From: an uncultured Ignavibacteriaceae bacterium
GTDB lineage: Bacteria; Bacteroidota; Ignavibacteria; UBA10030; BY39
Direction of reading: 5' to 3'
Assembly (NCBI GenBank): GCA_964581995.1
Contig: CAZOQB010000003.1
Span: 41,989-105,988, forward strand
Length of the DNA: 64,000 nucleotides
Every line of letters begins with the position of its first letter. Position 1 is the stretch's first letter. Positions 38,820 to 46,749 of this stretch are shown here, piece after piece. Made by a program: the position numbers and the translations under genes. The notes below the pieces were generated by a model. It did no database searches. It was not told the DNA's origin and worked only from the letters and a program-made list of their open reading frames with translations.

Positions 38820-39917
38820 TTGGGATTACCAAATAGAATGTTGACTCCGCCTCCCTTAATACGAGGCTCCTTTTTTCGGAGTGATGAGATTGAACGCGTA
38901 CGAGTAAACCATACATTACTTTCGGTTTCGCTTCTTCTTTCCAATGCATGCAATCTCCGCTGTATGTACTGCTATCGTGATGCGGGTGCACAAGACACAC
39001 AATTATTTATATTGAAAGAATGGAAGGAAGTATTAACTCAAGTTAAAGCATTAGGAGCAAGGAATGTTTGGATACCAGGATCGGGAGAACCAATGCTGGA
39101 TCCTGTTTTTTATTATGCTGGAAATTTCCCTTTGATTGAGCTTGCCAATTCTCTTGGATTATCGGTTACTTTCTTTACGAATGGAACCCTTCTTACGAAG
39201 CAACTCGTAAGGCTAATAAAGCAATATGATGTTTCCGTTATCACAAAGCTTAATAGTTTTAATCCTGCAGTGCAAGATTATCTCGCCGGGAAGTCGAACG
39301 TATTTGAGAAAGTGTGGCGTGGTCTAACTTTACTAATTGAGGCCGGGTTTGCGGACAACCATTCATCGAGACTTGGCATCGATACTGTAATTGTTGCTCA
39401 AAACTATGATGAAATCCCAGAGATGTTCAAATTTTGTCGAGATAGGAATATCATTCCTTATATTACTGCTAATCTCCATGGTGGTCGTGCTTGTATGAAT
39501 AACCAGTTGGATGTTTCAAAGAATAAGCTGAGCGTACTATTCGAACAACTATTACGTATTGACCAAGAAGAATATGGTTTTACTTGGTTCCCTTCTCCTC
39601 CAATTGTAGCCTCACAGTGTAAAAAGCTTTTCTACGATATCGTGGTAGATTCCACAGGCGAGGTCTCTCTGTGCCCAGGGATTCAACTACCGATTGGTAA
39701 TATCCGTGATAATAAATTAAAGGACTTGATGCAGGCATCGGATTTATTCCAAAAGATTCGTAATCTGCCAAATAAACTCGAAGGCAAATGCCGATCCTGT
39801 CTTTCAACGGAATGTGGATATGGATGTCGGCTGGAAGCTTGGGCGCATGGTAATCTCTTTGGAGATGATCCGATGTGCTGGCATGAAATTAATACCACAA
39901 CAGTTGCCGTACAATAG
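38820..39917 (+). CDS. Radical SAM enzyme with a C-terminal SPASM domain
   Basis: CNLRCMYC (CX3CX2C). C-terminal CX2CX5CX3C (CRSCLSTECGYGC) preceded by CPG. Confidence 0.8.
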   Translation: MGLPNRMLTPPPLIRGSFFRSDEIERVRVNHTLLSVSLLLSNACNLRCMYCYRDAGAQDTQLFILKEWKEVLTQVKALGARNVWIPGSGEPMLDPVFYYAGNFPLIELANSLGLSVTFFTNGTLLTKQLVRLIKQYDVSVITKLNSFNPAVQDYLAGKSNVFEKVWRGLTLLIEAGFADNHSSRLGIDTVIVAQNYDEIPEMFKFCRDRNIIPYITANLHGGRACMNNQLDVSKNKLSVLFEQLLRIDQEEYGFTWFPSPPIVASQCKKLFYDIVVDSTGEVSLCPGIQLPIGNIRDNKLKDLMQASDLFQKIRNLPNKLEGKCRSCLSTECGYGCRLEAWAHGNLFGDDPMCWHEINTTTVAVQ

Positions 39918-39925
39918 TAGAAACC

Positions 39926-41296
39926 ATGAAAATTCAACTTGTAAAAGCACCTACTCAAAATACAGGCATGCCTGAGCATGACTGGTATACACCTTTAAAT
40001 CTAATTTGGCTTGCGAATTATCTCTGCCAATATGATTATGAAGTTGAAATACTCGATGGTCAGATTCTTACGATTGAAGAAATCCTAAGTAGAATTTCCG
40101 CTGATCTTGTAGGCGTAAGTTTTGATATTTTATCGATTGACAAATTTGATCAAATAGTTTATCAAGCAAAGAGCAGGGGATGCTTTACTTTGGCTGGTGG
40201 TCATCTTGCAACCGCACTCGGAGAACGACTCTTAATTGACAACCCAAATCTTGATGCTGTGGCTTGCTACGATGGAGAAGAAGCACTTCTTGGAGTTGTT
40301 CGTACAGTCGAGAAAAAGAAAAAACTATCAAAAGAGATCCCAAACCTTATTTTTCGGCAAAATGGGACTATTGTTAAAACTATCGTCCGAGATGTGAACT
40401 TATCAGATATACCATTACCGAAGAGGGATGTGGGAGGTATTCAACTTGATGATTATATAAAAAATTTTCAAGAGACAAAAAAAAGATTAGGTTTCGATTT
40501 CAATTATAATAGACCAACAAACACATACTCACACAAAGGTTGCCTGTTCCGCACGAATGGTAACGGTTGTAGTTTCTGTTCCAGAGTAGATCAGAAATTT
40601 AGATTAAAACCTGCTAAAAGGGTATACGAAGAGTACAAATATTTAGAGAGGACATTTGACATAGACTACATATCCGACTTTAGCGATAGCTGGATTTATA
40701 CTCCTTTCGTGAGGGATTTGGTAGAACAATATGAACGGAAAGGGAAGCTGAGTGCATCGATTCGCGTATACGGTGACGTAAGAATGGTGACCGCAGACAA
40801 TGCGAGAATGATGCGACAAATCGGGGTTAATACAGTTCTCCTAGGCATTGAGTCCGGGAATGAAGATGTTCTCAAGAAGAATGGAAAACCAACAACAAGA
40901 AAACAAATTCTCGCAGCGGTTGACATCTTAGCTGCTAACGATATGAAGATTGCAGATGCTTATGTCCTGGGTTTAATCGGTGAGACACGTGAAAGTGTCA
41001 ATGATACAATTTCATTAGCAAAAGAAATTAGAGAGCGATGTAAAACAGAAATTTCGTATTGGAATCTAATGACGCCTCTTCCCGGGAGCAGGATTTGGAA
41101 CATTTTAGTACACGAAAAATATGATCTGTATCCAGATGGAGTATTTCATATTGATACTGAATACCTAGAACGTGTAAGCATTAAAAAATTCACACAACTT
41201 GGTATCCATGGATATGAATATTTAGTAGACAGACGAGAAGAGATGCTGTCTTTATCAAGAATTGCGAGCTCTGAGTTTGTTACAGCCAATAGATAG
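39926..41296 (+). CDS. B12-binding-domain radical SAM protein (class B-like) with a non-canonical Cys motif
   Basis: N-terminal Rossmann-like B12-binding region. Cys motif CLFRTNGNGCSFC (CX8CX2C) in place of CX3CX2C. 456 aa. Confidence 0.65.
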   Translation: MKIQLVKAPTQNTGMPEHDWYTPLNLIWLANYLCQYDYEVEILDGQILTIEEILSRISADLVGVSFDILSIDKFDQIVYQAKSRGCFTLAGGHLATALGERLLIDNPNLDAVACYDGEEALLGVVRTVEKKKKLSKEIPNLIFRQNGTIVKTIVRDVNLSDIPLPKRDVGGIQLDDYIKNFQETKKRLGFDFNYNRPTNTYSHKGCLFRTNGNGCSFCSRVDQKFRLKPAKRVYEEYKYLERTFDIDYISDFSDSWIYTPFVRDLVEQYERKGKLSASIRVYGDVRMVTADNARMMRQIGVNTVLLGIESGNEDVLKKNGKPTTRKQILAAVDILAANDMKIADAYVLGLIGETRESVNDTISLAKEIRERCKTEISYWNLMTPLPGSRIWNILVHEKYDLYPDGVFHIDTEYLERVSIKKFTQLGIHGYEYLVDRREEMLSLSRIASSEFVTANR

Positions 41297-41318
41297 TCAA
41301 TCATAAGGAATATTTAAT

Positions 41319-42464
41319 ATGGGCCTACTTAAATTTATAGTTTCTATAATTGTTCTTGCTGTTATTGCATACTATACTTATCAAAGCACTTTTAATAGGA
41401 TAGATATCGAGACACTTATCATCGCGGAGAAAAGTGGGGGTATAGCTGCGGTCATTCCAGATGGGAAGATAATAAAAGAGGAATCGGCGGATTCACTTTT
41501 CGCAATGTTGGGATATGTCAAGTCAGACAGCTTTGTTGTTCAAGCCGGAAAAGGTACTGGCGATTCGATTGTTGGTACTATAGTTATACTCTTTGGGAGT
41601 ATTGTCGTTTCCTGGAGTATTTTTTCGATAATAGATTACTTGTTCAGTATAGCTCCTTTGCGTCTTCAATGGAGGAGCAAGTTTTTTCGATGGACACATC
41701 GATGGCTGGGAAAATATGGATTAAGTCGTACAGACAGCACAGACAGTGAGTTACGAGAAAACTATTATGAACTTCTTCGGCTACTTTCATCTGGGTTCGC
41801 TAGTGAATATGAAAATGTCAATATCCGCTTAAGCTATAATGGGACAGTATCAGATCTTCAAGAGAGATGCGAAGCAAGTTTAAACGTTGATAAGTTAACA
41901 CTACCCGTAGGTAAAGGGAAATTGGTTGAATTATTGGAATATTGGGAGAAACTTGTTGTCGCAAATAAGGCAATCGTATCCCGTGTTTTTGTTTCGCCAC
42001 CGTGGATTTACTTGTATAACTCAGTAAAGGATAAGAATTCACTCTCTTGGTACTCTTCTGTAAATAAAAACATAAAAACCTGTTGGACGCACACAGGGAA
42101 AGAAAATGTGGAGAGGGAAATAAAGAATCTCAAACCAGATCTAGATTTTGCACTTTTTGAAGGAGATCGCAATGTAGGAGGCATGAAAGAACGGGGTAGG
42201 ATTTGTGTGGGGTATATTAAGGGAAGTCTTGTTTATACCTTCCAGACCAATGATGAATGTTTACTAGACAAAAGGCCTACTTATCTCAACACTTTGTGGG
42301 CTACTGGACAAGACCACAACGCGACGATTGCGGAAATTAATAGTCATTCAAAGCTCTCATGGCGGATTCGTTCTAAAATCATGAGTTACTGTTCAAATTT
42401 TAGTAAAAATATTTTTTCCTTCAAGAAACAATTTCCAATTTCATCAACTACAGTTCCCAAATAA
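41319..42464 (+). CDS. Membrane-anchored hypothetical protein (two N-terminal TM helices plus a ~250-aa soluble domain)
   Basis: Hydrophobic segments at residues ~5-22 and ~85-112. No recognisable family. Confidence 0.5.
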   Translation: MGLLKFIVSIIVLAVIAYYTYQSTFNRIDIETLIIAEKSGGIAAVIPDGKIIKEESADSLFAMLGYVKSDSFVVQAGKGTGDSIVGTIVILFGSIVVSWSIFSIIDYLFSIAPLRLQWRSKFFRWTHRWLGKYGLSRTDSTDSELRENYYELLRLLSSGFASEYENVNIRLSYNGTVSDLQERCEASLNVDKLTLPVGKGKLVELLEYWEKLVVANKAIVSRVFVSPPWIYLYNSVKDKNSLSWYSSVNKNIKTCWTHTGKENVEREIKNLKPDLDFALFEGDRNVGGMKERGRICVGYIKGSLVYTFQTNDECLLDKRPTYLNTLWATGQDHNATIAEINSHSKLSWRIRSKIMSYCSNFSKNIFSFKKQFPISSTTVPK

Positions 42465-42499
42465 TGCATAGGAAAGAATTGTGAATAGTTGTTTTTCAA

Positions 42500-43963
42500 T
42501 TGATATTACAGTATATGAAACCTAAAAAATACTCCATTCTCTCAACAATCAGCGATCCGCAGCGATACGATTTGATGTTAGAATCATGTTATGTCTTATT
42601 ACGATGTGATGAATGGGATTTTATTGAAACTGATGAAAATGGTATACCTTCATCTTCAACTTCATGGATCCATAGTATACAATCTGCATTGATGATGTTC
42701 GGACTTGATGTTACATCGTATCCACAAGGAAGTGTTTCTGCTAATAGAAATTACTATGAAGCATTACGAAATTATTTTGACGGCAAATTCCCTGATAACG
42801 GCGATACAAACCTATTAAGAGAGAGATTAAGAAATTTTCTTCGTCTCAGACGAGATGATTCAGGTACAAGTAATACTGATCTTTATGGGTCATATTTCAG
42901 CACTGATAAAACACACAGTTCACGGGATGTAACTAATTTTAGAAAAATCGAAACAAGCTTGAGACATAGTGCAGCTGCATTATGGATTTTAGTCGAAGAA
43001 TCTCTTGGTAACTTCCGAAAGGATATCTCAGATTCTCTTGATTCTTTTTTTCTACATATCAAGGAGTATTTATCAGCTTCAGATATTTGGAAAAGAGACA
43101 AATTCAAACAACTGACGATCTCCAACACATATAATTTGTGCAAATCTATCTTAAAATATTCAGAAGATAATAAATTTAGAAAAAATGCCTCTTCTGTAAT
43201 TCTAAAATGTAAAAAAGCTATTTGGTCTGAGGACTGTTTAAGACAAGGAGATGATGGTGAATATAGTTGGATATATCCCCAAATTAGTAAGAGTAAATTA
43301 GCAATTTATGAATACTACCTCAATTCTTATTGTCTTGCGCAGATGCCTGAATTGTTAAATGATAAAAGAGCACAGTCTATTGTACGTGGTATGCTAAAAA
43401 ATAGAATTAATTCACTTGTAGGTTTTGGCATTCCTCTCCATCCGTTGATAATATACAATTCTCAGGATAATATTAAACCTGATTTCGGTGCTACTGCCTC
43501 AGTACTTTATTTTCTGTGGTACTCAATTGAGAATGAAGTTGGTGGCCGTAAATGGATTGAATATTGTAAAACAAATTTTGATTGGGTCTTACAGTTTTGT
43601 TTAAAAGCATATGAAAAAAAAGAATATTACATTCTTCCAATATTAGAAAACAGTTCAAAAATATTACTTATGCCAAGGATGAAATTTGATCCTATACGTG
43701 AAGAAGAAATCAATAAGTATATCGAAGAACTAAAAAAGAATGCAATATATCCTGAGATGAAAACACATGAAGGAAAACTTCATAAATCAATGAAAAACAT
43801 ACAATCACCAACTGGTTTAGAATGTGTTAAGGAAATAATCGGAACATGGAATCTCACTGAACATTGGGGTTCACAAAAACGCTGGAAATTTAATTTTAAA
43901 ATTAATTCTGGGAAACTAGGTGAATTTGTTGGTGGTATTTTAAAAGCATATAGTACACCATGA
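42500..43963 (+). CDS. Large hypothetical protein (487 aa), helical, Cys/Trp-rich
   Basis: No recognisable motifs. Shares AT-rich composition with the radical SAM genes. Confidence 0.5.
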   Translation: MILQYMKPKKYSILSTISDPQRYDLMLESCYVLLRCDEWDFIETDENGIPSSSTSWIHSIQSALMMFGLDVTSYPQGSVSANRNYYEALRNYFDGKFPDNGDTNLLRERLRNFLRLRRDDSGTSNTDLYGSYFSTDKTHSSRDVTNFRKIETSLRHSAAALWILVEESLGNFRKDISDSLDSFFLHIKEYLSASDIWKRDKFKQLTISNTYNLCKSILKYSEDNKFRKNASSVILKCKKAIWSEDCLRQGDDGEYSWIYPQISKSKLAIYEYYLNSYCLAQMPELLNDKRAQSIVRGMLKNRINSLVGFGIPLHPLIIYNSQDNIKPDFGATASVLYFLWYSIENEVGGRKWIEYCKTNFDWVLQFCLKAYEKKEYYILPILENSSKILLMPRMKFDPIREEEINKYIEELKKNAIYPEMKTHEGKLHKSMKNIQSPTGLECVKEIIGTWNLTEHWGSQKRWKFNFKINSGKLGEFVGGILKAYSTP

Positions 43964-43964
43964 T

Positions 43965-44240
43965 ATGATTAATCAGTTGCTGATAAATGGTTTAATTTCT
44001 GGAGCGATTTATTCTCTCGTGGCTCTTGGCTTTGCCCTCATTTACCAAACAACCCGTGGCGAAGCCACTCCTTTGGAGCTTCTTCTCCCGCTTTACAGCG
44101 GGACAGGCACTTCCCAAAGGGACAAGTCGCTCACGGGGCTGTTTATACATTTGGCGCTTACACTTCGACGGATTTTACCCCGACGAAAGTAGGGGCTCAG
44201 CGCATGATTTGCTTATCTGTTTTACACACAACTAGAATCT
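43965..44240 (+). pseudogene. Degraded duplicate of the 5' end of livH
   Basis: MINQLLINGLISGAIYSLVALGFALIYQTTRG.. versus LivH MIEQLILNGIIAGSIYSLVAIGFALIYQTTRFF... The nucleotide match resumes at gctcacggggctgtttatacatttggcgcttac and cttatctgttttacacaca. Two GC-rich insertions break the frame. Confidence 0.7.
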
Positions 44241-44284
44241 CCTTTTTTATAGTATGATTATCATGGATAAGTTGTTTGCATTTC

Positions 44285-44322
44285 ATATACAAAAGTATAT
44301 ATTTGTATACAAAAGTATATAA
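44285..44322. promoter_or_regulatory. Tandem direct repeat (tatacaaaagtatata x2), candidate operator upstream of the wHTH-MNT gene
   Basis: Two 15-16-nt units separated by ~4 nt, about 40 nt upstream of the ATG at 44363. Each unit is internally palindromic (TATAC..GTATA). Confidence 0.35.
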
Positions 44323-44362
44323 ACAAGTCAAAAGTCAAAATTAAAAATTAAAAAAATATGAA

Positions 44363-44974
44363 ATGATAATTCACAGGGTATTTGATGAGGTGTTTCGGTC
44401 GTGGTCGCATGTAGCGGTATTGCGGGCTTTACTCGATACGTCGACCGGCTCTACCGGTAATGAAGTGGCGCGTGTATCGGGGATGCAACCGCGATCAGCA
44501 TTGAAGGCGCTGACTTCATTGGAAGCGCTGGGGATTGTTCGCCGCCAGCGGGGTGGAAGAGACCACATTTTTACTTTAAATCGAGAGCACTTCATTGTTC
44601 GTGATGCGATCTTATCACTATACAACTCGGAACGACAATTCCCTGAGGTTCTTGTCAATGAGCTTAAAGCAATTTTGAAAAGCCCTGTTGTAAGTGCAGT
44701 AATGTTTGGAAGCGCCGCTAGAAGAGAAGAGACTCCCCAATCCGATCTCGATATTTGCTGCGTTGTTAAGAGTGAAAAACAAAAGGATGTCGTGCGAGAC
44801 ATATTGAACGATCAAGCCGGGATATTATTTCGGAAATATGGTGTTAAAATTTCTCCTTTACTTTTTACGGTTGATGAACTGCGGAAGAAATCAAAAAATC
44901 AAATCATCAAAAGTATTATAGAAGACGGCAGAGTGATCACCGGGAAAAATCCGAAGGTACTATTAAATGGCTAA
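44363..44974 (+). CDS. Winged-helix + minimal nucleotidyltransferase (MNT) domain protein
   Basis: N-terminal MarR-like wHTH. FGSAARREETPQSDLDICCV nucleotidyltransferase motif. Local GC is markedly higher than the neighbouring radical SAM genes. Confidence 0.75.
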   Translation: MIIHRVFDEVFRSWSHVAVLRALLDTSTGSTGNEVARVSGMQPRSALKALTSLEALGIVRRQRGGRDHIFTLNREHFIVRDAILSLYNSERQFPEVLVNELKAILKSPVVSAVMFGSAARREETPQSDLDICCVVKSEKQKDVVRDILNDQAGILFRKYGVKISPLLFTVDELRKKSKNQIIKSIIEDGRVITGKNPKVLLNG

Positions 44975-45377
44975 ACGACGGGGAAGGAAATCGGTTGATA
45001 GATCACGATACCGGGAGTATTTAAATGTTGCGGAACATTTTTATCAAGCCGGAAAGGATTCTTTTGAATTAGAATACCATACCGCTGCAGGCGTTTTGGT
45101 TGTACACTCGGCAATTGCTTATGCAGACGCACTCTGTATAAAACTATCAGGACAAAGGAGTGCAGGTGAAAATCATGAAGATGTTATCGCCATATTAGAA
45201 AACGTTGTAGCGGATAGTGATGATAAAAAGAAAGCAATACAGCAGCTAAGGCGAATCATAGAAGAAAAAACGCTGATTTCGTATTCGGGAGAATTGTATA
45301 CTGCAAGCGGTGTTGGTGAGTTAATGAAAAGGTTAGAGAGGTTTCGTGAATGGGCAGTGGGAATCTTAAACCGGTGA
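44967..45377 (+). CDS. HEPN-domain protein, partner of the MNT gene
   Basis: 136 aa, helical. Overlaps the MNT gene by 8 nt. Classic MNT-HEPN arrangement. Confidence 0.6.
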   Translation: MAKRRGRKSVDRSRYREYLNVAEHFYQAGKDSFELEYHTAAGVLVVHSAIAYADALCIKLSGQRSAGENHEDVIAILENVVADSDDKKKAIQQLRRIIEEKTLISYSGELYTASGVGELMKRLERFREWAVGILNR

Positions 45378-45381
45378 AGCC

Positions 45382-46260
45382 ATGATCGAACAACTTATTC
45401 TCAATGGAATAATTGCTGGCAGTATTTACTCACTCGTTGCCATCGGCTTCGCTCTCATCTACCAAACCACCCGCTTCTTTCACTTCGCTCACGGCGCTGT
45501 TTATACATTCGGCGCTTACTTCGCTTATCTGTTTTACACACAGCTTGGGTTAGATAGATTTGTAGCGTTTCCTCTCGCTTGCATCTGCGCAGCACTTATC
45601 GGCGTAATCTGCGAAATCATTATTTATAAACCGATGCGAGCGAGGAAAGCAACCGACCTTACATTACTCATAGCATCGCTTGGTCTCTACATCGTTTTAC
45701 AAAATATCATCTCCATGCTCTGGGGAGACGATACTAAAACAATGCGAACAGGTGAAGTGGTTGAGGGACATGAATTTCTTGGCGCACGAATTACAGATAT
45801 CCAAATCGCAATCATCGTAACGTCTATCGTTTTGATTGCGCTGATTTCGCTGATGTTATCGAGGATGAAGTTTGGTAAGGCACTGCGTGCGCTGGCGAAT
45901 GATCCTGAGCTTGCACGGCTGAGCGGTATCAACTCTGATCGGTATATCATGTATGCGTTTGCTATCGGCTCGTTCTTAGCTGCCGTTGCTGCAATTATGA
46001 TCTCGTTTGATACAGACATGACTCCGACTATGGGCTTCAATGCGTTGGTTATGGGAGTGATTGCTGTGATTGTCGGCGGAATTAACAGTTTGCCGGGTGC
46101 GGCGCTTGGTGGTTTGTTTATCGGTCTTGCACAGAATTTAGGTGTGTGGCAGTTGCCCTCAAAGTGGCAGGATACGATAGCGTTTGTGATACTGATTTTG
46201 TTTTTACTTTTTAGACCGTATGGAATACTCGGGAAGAAACCGACGAAGGAACATGTATGA
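45382..46260 (+). CDS. livH: Branched-chain amino-acid ABC transporter permease (LivH-like)
   Basis: 292 aa, eight or more TM helices, typical LivH N-terminus. Confidence 0.8.
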   Translation: MIEQLILNGIIAGSIYSLVAIGFALIYQTTRFFHFAHGAVYTFGAYFAYLFYTQLGLDRFVAFPLACICAALIGVICEIIIYKPMRARKATDLTLLIASLGLYIVLQNIISMLWGDDTKTMRTGEVVEGHEFLGARITDIQIAIIVTSIVLIALISLMLSRMKFGKALRALANDPELARLSGINSDRYIMYAFAIGSFLAAVAAIMISFDTDMTPTMGFNALVMGVIAVIVGGINSLPGAALGGLFIGLAQNLGVWQLPSKWQDTIAFVILILFLLFRPYGILGKKPTKEHV

Positions 46261-46323
46261 TTTCACAGATTGCACAGATTGGACGCAGATGGTGATTATG
46301 CAGATTGCACAGATGATACACAG

Positions 46324-46746
46324 ATGAGCGAGCGAGAAAAATATCCGTTGAAGGAGTTGACTGAGAAGATTATCGGCGCAGCATATGAAGTGCATAACAC
46401 ACTCGGCGGCGGGTTTGTAGAGAAGGTGTATGAGAATGCGTTAATAGAAGAGTTGCGTGAACATGGTTTTATTATTGAACAGCAGAAACCGGTGAGCGTT
46501 TTATACAAAGGGAAATCCGCAGGTGAGTTCATTGCAGATATGATTGTGGAAAAGAAGGTGCTTGTTGAAGTGAAGTCAGTAAAAATGTTAACAAAAGATT
46601 TCGACTCAAAGTTGATTCATTACCTCAAAGCTACAGGCATTGAAGTTGGCTTATTAATCAATTTCGGTGAGAGTGTACAAGTTCATCGTAAAATCTATAC
46701 TCCAAAACAAAAACAATCTGTGAATAAATCTGCGCAATCTGAGTAA
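46324..46746 (+). CDS. GxxExxY family protein (PD-(D/E)xK-like)
   Basis: GGGFVEKVYENAL motif. About 140 aa from the MSEREK start. Inserted between livH and livM. Confidence 0.75.
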   Translation: MSEREKYPLKELTEKIIGAAYEVHNTLGGGFVEKVYENALIEELREHGFIIEQQKPVSVLYKGKSAGEFIADMIVEKKVLVEVKSVKMLTKDFDSKLIHYLKATGIEVGLLINFGESVQVHRKIYTPKQKQSVNKSAQSE

Positions 46747-46749
46747 TCA

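Noticed and set aside
9098-44130. Idea that the GC-rich cccgcc...ggcggg / tcccgcttt-cgggac hairpins (9098-9135, 15996-16019, 26598-26722, 44085-44110) form one MITE family
   Set aside because: The shared core is only 6-10 nt. A 6-mer this GC-rich is still expected several times by chance in 64 kb. Flanks do not align. I recorded the individual hairpins but do not claim a family.
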